Source: Octopus sinensis (taxonomy: Eukaryota). Taken from it: a stretch of DNA of 64,000 nucleotides. Shown one piece after another: positions 1 to 11,429 of the stretch. Both the position numbers and the translations under genes were made by a program. A model generated the notes under the pieces. The model was not told the DNA's origin, searched no databases, and worked only from the letters and a program-made list of their open reading frames with translations. The stretch lies in the NCBI RefSeq assembly GCF_006345805.1, contig NC_043006.1:54064001-54128000 (forward strand), written 5' to 3'. The stretch's first letter is position 1; each line of letters opens with the position of its first letter.

Positions 1-38
1 GATTTGTAAGCAAGCTACTTACCACATACCCACTCCTA
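1..38 (-). mobile_element. SINE-A tRNA-like head fragment (cut by window edge)
   Basis: Reverse complement reads aggagtgggtatgtggtaagtagcttgcttac, matching the SINE-A head seen in many other copies. Confidence 0.7.
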
Positions 39-130
39 CGTCTATATATATATATATATTTTTTTTTTTTTCAAAATAATGAAAGTAATGTATATCCGAT
101 AATGAAAGCATTAATATTATTTTACTACTA

Positions 131-233
131 ATACCTATTTATTTATTACCCACAAGGGGCTAAACACAGAGGGGACAAACAAGGACAGACATAGGTATTA
201 AGTCGATTACATCGACCCCAGTGCGTAACTGGT
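131..233 (-). mobile_element. SINE-B 3' part, 5'-truncated
   Basis: Same ...acccacaaggggctaaacacagaggggacaaacaaggacagac...tcgaccccagtgcgtaactgg tail as the full copies at 13.2 and 37.8 kb. Confidence 0.85.
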
Positions 234-348
234 CTTGATGGCTTTTACACATTGTTTTAACAGACGACATTCACTGCCCGCCAAATTTTCTTGACGTAAA
301 ATAAAAAAAGTTCCGTTAAAAAGTGACGCGTTCTGAGGCAAGCTTCAA

Positions 349-470
<122 letters not shown>

Positions 471-1230
471 ACGTCTCGTGACGGAGATAGACGTATGTAT
501 ATACTAAATGATACACTGTCTTGCTGAATGGCGACGACGACGACTAAGAGTGTATCTTTGTGAATCGATGCATTCCACTTTTTAGAATCAGCTGTTTCTC
601 TTAACCTCTTTCCTTCCAATCTCTCTCTCTCTCTTTACCTCACTCTTTCTCTCTCCCCTCTCTCGCTCTCTCTGCCTGTCTTGTTGCGTGTTTGTTTATC
701 TCTCTGTCTGTCTGTCTATCTGACAGACCGTCTCTCAATGTATCAGCATTTTTTTTTCAATTCCCTTCAACTTCAATCTTTCTTTCATTCACTCACAGAT
801 AAGCAAGATATGAATTAAATTAAAAAATGCAAAGCGTATTCATTCACAATTAGCTTTCCTTTCTGATCGAACTTTTTAAAACCTGTATCTTCTCACTCGC
901 TTCACTCACCCAATCCCACTGCCCGGAACCCTAAACAATGGACATTTTTTTGAAGTCGTTCATAACTAAATCTCCAAATCACAAAACATTACCAGCTTTA
1001 AAAAGTGAACGCCACGTTGAACAATGCTTTTTAATTCCGTTTTGTTTTTAAATTACTCCTGAATGGGCCCGGGTGGGATGAGGGAGTTGTCTTGCCTGTC
1101 CATGACTTTCATGTGTAGACACCCATAGCTACGAGGGAGTCGTCCTCAAAGCGTTCCTTTTTAATTCGTAATTAAATATTTGTGTGTGTGTGTGTGCGCG
1201 CGTACGTATGTATGTATGGCTTTATACATT

Positions 1231-1432
1231 GCTTTGTAGTAAGCTTTCTTCTCAACCTCATGGTTCCCGGTTCAGTCCCACTGCGTGGCACCTTGGGCAA
1301 GAGTCTTCTGCTATAGCCTCGGGCCGATCAAAGCCTTGTGATTGGATTTGGTAGACGGAAAATGAAAGAAGTCCGTCGTGTGTGTGTGTATGTCTCCACC
1401 AATACTTCAGAACCGGTGTTGGTGTGTTTGTG
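1231..1432 (+). mobile_element. SINE-A, diverged and 3'-truncated
   Basis: Head ggttcagtcccactgcgtggcaccttgggcaag plus core ...gccttgtgattggatttggtagacggaaa. Confidence 0.85.
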
Positions 1433-1499
1433 TCCGAGCTGTCACATGATTTGTGACAGAATTTGATGAACAGAAACTGGGCAGATGCCTATCGCATAT

Positions 1500-1657
1500 G
1501 AGTGGCTGTGTGGTAAGAAGCTTCCTTCCTAACCACATGGTTCTGGGTTCAGTTCCACTGAGTGGTCCCTTGTGCAAGTGTCTTCTACTATAGCCTCGGG
1601 CCGACCAAAGCCTTGTGAGTGGATTTGGTAGACGGAAACTGAAAGAAACCTGTCGTG

Positions 1658-1730
<73 letters not shown>

Positions 1731-1975
1731 GTGTGTGCTCGCGCGCGTATGTGTGTGTATAAATTTGTGTTTGTCCCCTGTCCATCGCTTGACAACCGAT
1801 GCTTGTGTGTTTACGTCCTCGTAACTTAGCGGTTCGGCAAAAGTTACCGATAGAATAAGCACCAGGTTTTTTTTTTTTTTAAATAAGTACTGGGGTCAAT
1901 ATATTCGACTAAAAATCGTCAAGGCGGCGCCCGGCATGGCCGCAGTCTAATGACTGAAACAAATAAACTAATAAA
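1500..1975 (+). mobile_element. SINE-A, full length (tRNA-derived head, core, internal (TA)(TG)n, 3' module)
   Basis: A-box-like tggctgtgtggtaag, B-box-like gggttcagttcc, core ccttgtgagtggatttggtagacggaaactgaaagaa, internal microsatellite, tail aaggcgg...catggccgcagtc..tgactgaaac. Resembles tRNA-derived octopus SINEs (OK/OR families of Ohshima and Okada); exact family not checked. Confidence 0.9.
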
Positions 1976-1989
1976 ATAATACATACATA

Positions 1990-2303
1990 TCTTTTATCTC
2001 TTGCTTGTTTCGGTCATTAGAGTGCGGTCATGTTGGAGCAACGCCTTGCAGAATTTTTAGTCGAAGGAATCGATCACAGTACTTTTTTTAAAGCCTGGTA
2101 CATAAACACACACACACTCACATACACACACACACAACACACACACATATTTATATATACGACGGGCTTCTTTTAGTTTCCATCTACGAAATCCACTTAC
2201 AAGACTTTGATTGGCCCGTGGTTATATAGTAAACGTTACTTGCCCAAGAAGCTATGCAGTGGAAGTGAACCCGGAACCATGTGGTTGGGAAGCAAGCTTC
2301 TTA

Positions 2304-2308
<5 letters not shown>
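1990..2308 (-). mobile_element. SINE-A, diverged
   Basis: Reverse-complement match to head, core and tail; tail-to-tail with the 1500-1975 copy. Confidence 0.85.
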
Positions 2309-2339
<31 letters not shown>

Positions 2340-2768
2340 CACACACACACACACACGCACATACACAAGCACACACATACATACATATATACATGAAAGT
2401 GTTTTTAAAGCGGTGGCATTTTGCACAGCTGTATGTGAATTAGTGTTGTTGATTGTTGTTGTTGTTCAATGCTAGGAGTATGGCAAACCTCGAAAGTGCA
2501 AGCTGCCAAATTCGAGTACTTTCGTTAAATCAATGTTTACCAGTTCTGAATACAAATCTTCCCGACCATAGTGCCACCCGCTACCCGCCCACATCTATTC
2601 TCCACACTTGTCTGTTTGTTGTGAAAGAAAATTGGGATGAATGGAAAATTAGCTGAGGAAAGCAGCGACTCCACCCCCAATAAGAATTTGAAAACAAATA
2701 ATAGAGGTAGAGAGAGAGAGAGAAAGAGATAGTCAGACAGACAGTGAGAGAGGCAAACAGAGAAAGAC

Positions 2769-2781
2769 AGATAGATAGATG

Positions 2782-2875
<94 letters not shown>

Positions 2876-2877
2876 CA
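2769..2877. repeat. (GATA)n microsatellite
   Basis: Direct inspection. Confidence 0.97.
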
Positions 2878-2980
2878 GATGCAGTGGTTTCAGTGTCTCT
2901 TTTCAATAAATTTTCTGTTACGTGCACTTTTGCTAGATTGAAGTGACGTACGTGTTTCAAAGAATCTGCGCTGGAGCTTC

Positions 2981-3033
2981 ATCTATCTATCTATCTGCCT
3001 ATCTTTCTGTCTATATATCTGTCTATCTATCTG

Positions 3034-3099
<66 letters not shown>
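2981..3099. repeat. (TATC)n microsatellite
   Basis: Direct inspection; inverted relative to the (GATA)n at 2769-2877. Confidence 0.97.
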
Positions 3100-3101
<2 letters not shown>

Positions 3102-3517
3102 ATTTCTTCACTGCCCACAAGGGGCTACACACAGAGGGGACAAACAAGGACAGACAAGTGGATTAAGTCGATTATATCGACCCCAGTGCGTAACTGGTAC
3201 TTAATTTATCGACCCCGAAAGGATGAAAGGCAAAGTCGACCTCGGCGGAATTTGAACTCAGAACGTAACGGCAGACGAAATACCTATTTCTTCACTGCCC
3301 ACAAGGGGCTAAACACAGAGGGGACAAACAAGGACAGACAAGTGGATTAAGTCGATTATATCGACCCCAGTGCGTAACTGATACTTATCTAATCGAGCCC
3401 GAAAGGATGAAAGGCAAAGTCGACCTCGGCGGAATTTGAACTCGGAACGTAGCGGCAGACGAAATACTGCTAAGCATTTCGCCCGGCGTGCTAACGTTTC
3501 TGCCAGCTCGCCGCCTT

Positions 3518-3518
<1 letters not shown>
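3100..3518 (-). mobile_element. SINE-B tandem dimer (full copy plus one headless ~182-bp unit)
   Basis: Head ggcggcgagctggcagaaacgttagcacg...gagttcaaattcc, core gcctttcatcctttcggggtcgataaat..agtacc (Meta-domain-like); junction gaaatacctatttc at about 3277-3291. Confidence 0.9.
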
Positions 3519-3571
<53 letters not shown>

Positions 3572-4034
3572 GTCTGTCTATCTGTCTATCTGTCTGCCTG
3601 CCTGTCTGTCTATCTACTTACCAATATGTCTATTTCATTAACTATCTAGTTAACTAACTATCTAATTATCATCTCTCTCTCCATACACACATACATGTAT
3701 ATACACGCACACACAGACATACATGCACACATATACACTACACACGTGCACACACAGACACGCAGACAGATAAACACACACATGCACACACACACACATT
3801 TATACGGAGAGAGAGGTGGGGGTTTATCTGAGTAAAAAGTTCTTGATGCACATACATCGCGTAGACGCACATTAACTGCGATGTGCGTCCGGAGAGAATA
3901 TCCCTTAAGAACGTAGTGTGACATAGCACAAATTTTTCAGTAGCAGATGGAAATCGTCCAATAGCTGCAGTGAAAATACAAAATACACATTTCTGCCTCA
4001 TTGAGTTCTTTTCAGAACTATATACTCACTAACA

Positions 4035-4236
4035 CAGTGGTTTTCAACCAGGATTCCGCCAGTACAGTCCAGGGGTTCCGCAAGAAGTTACCAAAACTGC
4101 TAAAATCAGTAGTAATTTTTAATTCTCCTGTGCAGATATGTGTGCATAAGACTATTAAATTATTGCACAGGGGTTCCTCGAGCCAGTGGAATGCTTCCCT
4201 GGGGTTCCGCTCCAGCAAAAAGTTTGAAAAGCACTG
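4035..4236. mobile_element. hAT-type MITE
   Basis: TIR cagtggttttcaa...ttgaaaagcactg; perfect 8-bp TSD cactaaca (4027-4034, 4237-4244). Confidence 0.9.
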
Positions 4237-4375
4237 CACTAACAACTTGCAGGCTAAGACAAATCGGTTGGTACTGATATAGGAAAATAGTGATTGAAAA
4301 GTCACTGGTTTTGCAATTATCTGTTCTGTTCAATAAAAATCCATTATACACTGCAGAAGCAACCTAAGGTTAAAA

Positions 4376-4657
4376 CAGAGGTCTCCAAAGTGGGCAGTAC
4401 TACCCCCACCCCTTGGGGACGATGGAAAGATCCAGAGGGTACGTTGATAAAAAGTGGGACGATAATAGGGGGAGGGGTAAAATGGGGTGATAGATCTAAA
4501 AATATATATATATTAATAAGTTCATTAGGTTTAAATCTTATTTGTGAAATACAGTTGTTTTGAATTTGCTGCAGAAAGTGGTCCATATTCGTGGTGGGGA
4601 GGGGGAGGAGCACTAGAAATGTGGCCTGCACAGCCTGAAAAAATTTGGGAACCACTG
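4376..4657. mobile_element. hAT-type MITE
   Basis: TIR cagaggtctccaaa...tttgggaaccactg; perfect 8-bp TSD ggttaaaa (4368-4375, 4658-4665). Confidence 0.88.
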
Positions 4658-5299
4658 GGTTAAAATAACCATTTGTGTATTATACTTAATGCAAATACCT
4701 CACGAAAAGAGTACAGGCTACTGACAAACCCAACGAGGCATAAATGTGCATCTGGAATTTTCACCCCCTTTGCTGGATGATTTACGTCTGTTGCTGGGAT
4801 ATTTGTGTTTTTAAAACACAAGTACAACCTCAGTAGATATTATCTCCGAATGAATATTGCAGTTTATTTGCCTTTTGGCGATGTGTTGTGTTAAGTACGA
4901 AATAATATGGTTAATTTAATCTGATGCATATAACAGATTTTTCTTCAACCGGGCGGCTAATTGTAACATCAGTGTTTTTTCAGTCACTTTTTACTATAGC
5001 AGTAGCGACGTATTTTTGTTTTAGCATGCGGTTCACAATGAATGCATTGAATTAACAAAACGCAAAGAGACAGAAATATGCATGCAGCATTCCCACCGCC
5101 GCTGCTAGATGATTTCCATCTACTACAGATATATTTGTTGTTTTTAAACACAATACGCGTCCTTAAAATATATTTCCGGACAAATTTATTTGCTTTTTCA
5201 CGAAGTATTTGCATTTAGTATGATACACAGAAGAGTCTATCTAACTGTGTGTGTGTGCGTGTGCGTATGTGTGTGTGTGTGCGTGTGTGTATGTGTGTG

Positions 5300-5355
<56 letters not shown>

Positions 5356-5770
5356 AAAACAGTCTGATTCAAATTCGATGGTACTCAAAGGTTTCAAGCG
5401 TGAAGCTAGTCCTCAACCTTGGGTATTATTATTTCACCATTACACGTCTTTCATTTGTTAATAGGAGTTACAAAATTGTACATTTAAGATAAATGTATGA
5501 GTAAGATATCACATTTTAGAAATTCTTCAACCATATATTCAAATGATATCAAGTATTAATTTTTTTTTCCAGTATTTCTCAACCCTTAAGCATACTTCAC
5601 ACAAATATAATATCTACGTACAACTTTGGAGCACTTGAATAATCGGATGCGTTTCAAGAAGACACAGCTTGGATTATAACCCTATCATCACAATTATATA
5701 TATATATAAATACACGCGCGCACAGACACACATACGCACGTACACACACATATGTGTGTGTGTATGTATA

Positions 5771-5901
5771 TTCCGCCGAGGTCAACTTTGCCTTTCATCC
5801 TTTCGGGGTCGATAAATTAAGTACCGGTGAAACACTGAGGTCGATGTAATTAACTATCCCTCTCCCTCAAATTTCAGGCCTTAAGCCTATAGTAGAAAGG
5901 A
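5771..5901 (+). mobile_element. SINE-B, alternative-tail variant, 5'-truncated
   Basis: Core gcctttcatcctttcggggtcgataaattaagtacc followed by tail ...aaatttcaggccttaagcctatagtagaaagg. Confidence 0.85.
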
Positions 5902-5907
5902 TATATA

Positions 5908-6103
5908 TTCTTTTATTTGTTTCAGTCATTTGACTGCGGCCGTACTGGAGCACCGCCTTTAGTCGAACAAATCGACCCCAGGACTTATTCTTTGTAAGCC
6001 TAGTATTATTCTATCGATCTCTTTTGCCGAACCGCTAAGTTACGAGGACATAAACACACCACATCGGTTGTCAAGCGGATGGACAGGGGACAACACAGAC
6101 CAC

Positions 6104-6135
<32 letters not shown>

Positions 6136-6178
6136 ACATATATATATGTATAATATATATATTATATTATATATTATA

Positions 6179-6209
<31 letters not shown>

Positions 6210-6368
6210 GACAGGCTTCTTTCAGTTTCCGTCTACCAAATCCTCTCATAAGGCTTTGGTCGGACCGAGGCTGTAGTAGAAGACACTTGCCCAAGATGCC
6301 ACGCAGTGGGACTGAACCCGGAACTATGTGGTTAGGAAGGAAAGAAGCTTCTTACCACGCAGCCACTC
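5908..6368 (-). mobile_element. SINE-A, full length
   Basis: All modules present in reverse complement. Confidence 0.9.
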
Positions 6369-6474
6369 ATATGCGACAGGCATCTGCCCAGTTTCTGTTT
6401 ACCAAATTCAGTCACAAATCATGTGACAGCTCGGAGCCATAACAGACGGCAATTGCCAAAGATACCATGCAACT

Positions 6475-6620
6475 TACGCGAGCCGCTGGTTAGCCATGCC
6501 TTAATTAGATGTGAATTGGATGTCTTTCTCAAATGTGTATCAGCAACCTAAGTTCCAGCCAGGAATTGAAACCAGGTCGTGACCTCGCCAACTCACCACT
6601 GACAACGGCCAACCGCCATT
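6475..6620 (-). mobile_element. Possible additional tRNA-derived SINE head
   Basis: Minus strand ggcggttggccg...tggtgag...ggtttcaattcctggc has A/B-box-like spacing; single copy in the window. Confidence 0.3.
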
Positions 6621-7079
6621 TGGTAATAAGAATGCTGAATTTTTTTCTTTTTTTCTTTTTTTTTTTTTTTTTTTACAAAAGAAAGACAAACGGGAAAAGA
6701 AGTGGATGATGATCTATTGAAGAGTGATGGAGAGGTGAGTATGAGAAGCAGGACCGAAAGGAGAGAAAGAAAAGATAAAATGAATATATATACATATATA
6801 TATAAAACGAGAGAGAGAGAATTTTATATGAAAAAGTAAAGGTGATGTGATGAAGAGAGTGGCGGGGAGAGAGAGGGACAGAGTGAATGAATGAATTTTG
6901 CTTGAATCAGTGAATAAGGGGAAGGGGAGAGTGAGACGGGAAGACATTGGAAAAATCGCTTTGTGGATGTTTATTGTGAAATGTGTGTTGGCACCTGCCT
7001 TCTGTTGTCGATAGAGGGCGCTATAGTGGGAGGAGTTGTAATGGTCGCCGTGACTGAATCTTTTGAGGGAACAGGTTAT

Positions 7080-7179
7080 NNNNNNNNNNNNNNNNNNNNN
7101 NNNNNNNNNNNNNNNNNNNNNNNNNNNNNNNNNNNNNNNNNNNNNNNNNNNNNNNNNNNNNNNNNNNNNNNNNNNNNNN
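7080..7179. other. Assembly gap (100 N)
   Basis: Run of exactly 100 N, typical of a gap of unknown size. Confidence 1.
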
Positions 7180-7199
7180 GCCAAACGGGTGAGCAACAT

Positions 7200-7625
7200 G
7201 AATCGTGGTTGTACCTGTAAAATGAATAAAATCGACTATTTTACATCACGTATAACTAAAAAAAAATCTGTAAAATCAAAACATACGCATTGAAGGTTTG
7301 ACTTGGACAACGTAGATAGTAACAGCATGCAGATCGCACTTTTTCTGGTTGAAATGCACCGAAAAATGGCGACACAGCAGTCGAAAAATCGAAAAAAATA
7401 GGGATTTTCATAGAAAAAAAGCACCTTTTTGATGTAAATAACTTTTGGTCTTAACATGGTCCGATTTGAATTTTTTTCTTCTACGGAATGAAGAGCGAGC
7501 CTTCTTCTATCATACTCTCAATTTTGGTCAACTTGCGCCGCAGGGTCTCGGAGGAGATAGTGTTAGTTGAAGGCTACCAAACCTGCCACACACACACAGA
7601 CAACTTCAGATTTATATATTTATAT
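7200..7625 (-). mobile_element. Non-autonomous Helitron-like fragment (5' part)
   Basis: Minus strand starts tatataaatatataaatctgaagttgtctgtgtgtgtg, a typical non-autonomous Helitron 5' pattern; 3' end not recognised. Confidence 0.45.
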
Positions 7626-7735
7626 ACATACACACCAGAGTAAGCTTATAAATGTGAAACAAGGTGGGAAAAAATAGTACTTGAATACCGGAGGTAGAGT
7701 AATATGCTTTATTAATAAAGCTGCAAAGACTCACA

Positions 7736-7781
7736 AAAACTGTTACTCAGAGTTTCACGTTCCTGTTCATCGGACAGTTTT
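7736..7781 (-). ncRNA. Type I minimal hammerhead ribozyme-like motif (U4C core)
   Basis: AAAACTGT CCGATGA ACAGGAACGT GAAAC TCTGA GTA ACAGTTTT: 8-bp stem I, palindromic stem III ACTC-t-GAGT, GUA cleavage triplet. Confidence 0.6.
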
Positions 7782-8076
7782 GGTCGATAATGGAACAAAA
7801 ATAAGGTTATATGTATAACTATACAATACATTGATAGATACACATTTGAAATTGGTTTTGTTACATTGGTCCTTTTAACTAACGATCTTTTCAATAACCG
7901 GTTATATAAAATTAAAATTAAAATTACGATTTAAGATCATTTTAATTTCATATAACCGGTTATCGAAAAGACCGTTAGTTGAAAGGACCAACGAAACAAA
8001 ACCAATTTCAAATGTGTATCTGTCACTGTATTGTATATTTTAAGCATATAATGTTGTTTTTGTTCCATTCTCAACC

Positions 8077-8121
8077 AAAACTGTCCGGCGAATGGGAACG
8101 TGAAACTCTGAGTAACCGTTT
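8077..8121 (+). ncRNA. Hammerhead-like motif, mirror copy (core mutated to CCGGCGA)
   Basis: AAAACTGT CCGGCGA ATGGGAACGT GAAAC TCTGA GTA ACCGTTTC. Confidence 0.45.
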
Positions 8122-8151
8122 CTGTGATGTCTTTGCAGCTTTATTCATAAA

Positions 8152-8152
<1 letters not shown>

Positions 8153-8211
<59 letters not shown>

Positions 8212-8222
8212 TATATATATAG
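8153..8222. repeat. (TA)n microsatellite followed by (GA)n
   Basis: Direct inspection. Confidence 0.97.
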
Positions 8223-9507
8223 AGATAGAGAAGGAGAGAGGAGAGAGAAGGGAGAGAGAGAGAGAGAGAGAAGAGACTTCGTTTATCACGCTCGCCTAAC
8301 ATAATTTTCGTACCAGGAGAAAAGTCTGTTTGTTTTAATATATACACATTCATGAATATATATATACACATTCATGAATATACGTGTGTGTGTGTGTCTG
8401 TGTGTTTGAGTTATTTACGACACCATGATTTTGCAACTGACGCGGGTCAAAATATTAAAATGAGGACTGGAGTCGATTTAAATTACTAAACCTTTTGAAA
8501 GTAATTCGACAGCTATGATGTTGATAAATAACTGGAACACGTAAAAGAATGAGGAATATAATACGTATCTGTTAATTTCCGTGAGATGAACAGAAAAACT
8601 GCAACCCTGAGCGTGGTTTCGTTTAACCTATTGTTCTCTAGACGTGCAAGTGACAGAAACTTCCACACATGTGATAGCCAGGATTTTTACCTAATACTAT
8701 CATTCTAATAGCTTTTTTTTTCCTGCATCTATGTTGGAACACAGCTCTGTGGTTTTCGGTTTAAGAATTGAGACACGAACCTTTGAGCAGTTATGGACTG
8801 ATTTTTCGCCTCGCCTTCAGCTTCGAAAAACTGCACATTGTTCTGTATGCTCTGCTTCGAACATTGGACGTGATGCTGTGACACATATCGGCCAGGGCTA
8901 TTAACAATTACTTTTTCATGCTGTTCGATAAGGGACAAAGATTTGGATGTACTTTTTTCTCAGAGCTCTGTCAAGAAGGCTCTTTCTCCACGAAGTAATT
9001 CATGTCTACAGCCGGTATATGTGAGTTATGGGCGTTGTGCTCTTATTGTTAATTGTGTTGTTAAAATCATTTGGAAGAATGTTCTCTTCTTTCTTGTTGT
9101 GAAACCTATACTCTACCGTGTAATTGGATTTGTTTTTCTTTTCTGTTTATTATCCGTAAAAATACGTGTTCGTTTTCGTTTGTCTTTTGGTAAACGTTTC
9201 TATACTAAATAGCAATATTGTTATATTACAAGTGGAAGAAAATGTCTGTTTTGCAAATTAAAACCAGCACCACTACTAGCACCAGCACCAACACTACCGA
9301 ACCCCACCACCACTACCACCACCACCACCACCACCACCACCTCCACCATCACTACCATAACTTCACAAAAGATTAAGGAAAACGAACTCATCTCCTTATG
9401 CCTTTAAAAGTGTGCCTTTAAAAAACATTTTTCCACGTTATTTCGCCTCGTAAAAAATCCAAAATATTAAGAGCGGAGCGAAAGCATGTCTGGCAAAAGG
9501 AAAAGCG

Positions 9508-9519
9508 ATAATAATAACG

Positions 9520-9574
<55 letters not shown>
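9508..9574. repeat. (AAT)n, probably the tail of the adjacent SINE-B
   Basis: Abuts the 3' end of the minus-strand SINE-B variant. Confidence 0.9.
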
Positions 9575-9575
<1 letters not shown>

Positions 9576-9765
9576 CCTTTCGACTATAGGCACAAGTCCT
9601 GACATTTTGGAGAAGAGAGCTAGCCGATTACATCGACGTCAGAACTTAAGTGCTACTTATTTTATCGACCCCGAAAGGATGAAAGACAAAGTCAATCTTG
9701 GCAGAATTTGGACTCAGAACGTAAAAACGGACGATATAATGTTAAGGATTTTTCCCGGTGCACTT
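9575..9765 (-). mobile_element. SINE-B alternative-tail variant, diverged
   Basis: tcgaccccgaaaggatgaaagacaaagtcaatcttggcagaatttggactcagaacg. Confidence 0.8.
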
Positions 9766-9767
9766 TA

Positions 9768-10150
9768 GGCCTATTTAAGATCTATCAGAGTCAGATCTTG
9801 TGCCAGTCCGCTCCACGATATATCGTATGTCGTGGATAGATCTGCCGAGAATCCCACCAGTTTGTTCGTCCTGATTTTATTGCCAATATGATGTGCCAAC
9901 CTCTTGGTAACCACCTTTGCCAAAATCTTGAACTCTGTGTCGAGCAACGTTAGGGAGTTGAAGTTGTCCATTGCTCAGGTCCTTCATCAGCATCAACACG
10001 ACTTGGTTCAGACGGACTGGAATGGTTCCAATACGCTGCCAGTTGCAGTAGACAAGAGCATTCGAAATATGATTTGTTCATACTCAATATGCTCAAAATA
10101 CTGGTCAACATGCTCAGTACGCTGAAATTAGTTTTTTGTGAGGTAAGGAA
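9768..10150 (-). pseudogene. L1/Tx1-like LINE ORF2 reverse-transcriptase fragment
   Basis: DNFNSLTLLDTEFKILAKVVTKRL matches the conserved RPITLLNTDYKILAKVLxxRL RT motif; frameshifted. Confidence 0.75.
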
Positions 10151-10649
10151 AGAATTGAAGACAAAAACATGCAAGGGAGAGAGAGAAAAAATCAACAGAA
10201 GGACTATATTATTATAAGGGTGTCTGGATACCGTATGAGAGGGATAAGAAGGAGATTGAGAGATGGAAAGAACGGGTCAGACTGAAGGAGTTAAGTTACA
10301 GTGTGTATAATACCCGAGGAAAAGTATGAGAGATTCATGGATGGATTTGTTGGAAATGTAAAAATGATGTAATGGTTTTGGTTGTGTGAAGAACTTTTAA
10401 TTTGGAAAAAGGAAAAACTGAAGAAATTCTAATGTAAATTGAGTGAAAAAGGAAGAAAAAAAAAAGAAAAAAAAAAAAAGAGGACTGTCAATAATATGTT
10501 CATTTTATGAAAAGAGAAAAACTGTCTAAATGTAACCACTCGATGTCGGGGGTCGAGTGGGCATTGCGCCTCATTTTCATTTTTATCATTTTATCATTTA
10601 TTTCTTTTATTTTTTCCTATTATTTCATCTTCTTTTTATAATTTTCTGT

Positions 10650-10760
10650 TCCCCGAGTTTATTATCACAGAACTATTACTCAGTCTCACGTTCCCGTTTG
10701 TCGGACAGCTGTGATAAATATTTAACTTTTGTGATAATATTGCAGCTTTAATAAAAAGTA
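10650..10760 (-). mobile_element. Internally deleted copy of the 7.7-kb hammerhead foldback family
   Basis: Minus strand ctgtccgacaaacgggaacgtgagactgagtaa; ends tgcagctttaataaaaagtata like the right arm of the 7.7-kb element. Confidence 0.6.
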
Positions 10761-10919
10761 TATGTGTGTGTGTGTATGTAATTTATGTGTATACGTGTAT
10801 ATATGTGTGTGTATATAAATATATACATACATGTGTGTATGTGTTTGTGTGTGTATATAAATATATACATACATATGTGAGTGTGTAATAAACATGCATA
10901 CAAAATATGTAGTACGAAT

Positions 10920-11306
10920 ATGCCTGTGTGGTCAAGAAGATCGCTTCACTACGTAGTTTCAGGTTCAGTCCCACTGTACAGCGCATTGGACAAGTGCTTT
11001 CTATAGCCCCAGCCCGACTAACGCATGCCTTGCCAGTGAATTTGTTAAGACAGAAACTGTGTAGAAATCCGTCATATACTTACGTACATACATCTATGAG
11101 CACGCGCGCGTGTGCGCACGCTCTGTGTGTGTCTTTATGTTTGTCTCCACATTACTGAACAACTGGTGTTGTTTTGACTATGTTCTTGTAATGTAGCAGT
11201 TCGACAAAAGGGTCAGAATGAGTACTGAAAGCTTATTCGTTCGGCAATGCTTTTCATGGCGGCACCCAGGGCATAGTTACAATCCAATGTCTAAAAAGCA
11301 AGTAAA
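10920..11306 (+). mobile_element. SINE-A, old diverged copy
   Basis: ggttcagtcccactg...gacagaaactgtgtagaaatccgtc...aagcaagtaaag. Confidence 0.7.
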
Positions 11307-11429
11307 GGTCTATGGCTCTGATGAATCTATAAAGTACTCAACTATGAGTTTATCACATCTTATGGAAAGAAATGTAAGCTAGTGAATTGTATAGGATAAT
11401 CATTTATTCTTTTGTCTTCTTATTTTTTT

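Larger units (their letters stand above)
7704..8154. mobile_element. Foldback element with two outward-facing hammerhead-like motifs (Penelope-like, non-autonomous)
   Basis: Arms of about 200 bp are imperfect inverted repeats; each carries a stem I-CCGANGA-stem II-GAAAC-TCTGA-GTA-stem I motif. Confidence 0.65.

Noticed and set aside
6714-7293. ORFs spanning the N run
   Set aside because: Artefacts of translating the assembly gap.
8729-8938. Possible mariner transposase N-terminus (EQCAVF / FFEAEG)
   Set aside because: Only a few residues resemble the motif, across a frameshift, and no TIRs were found.
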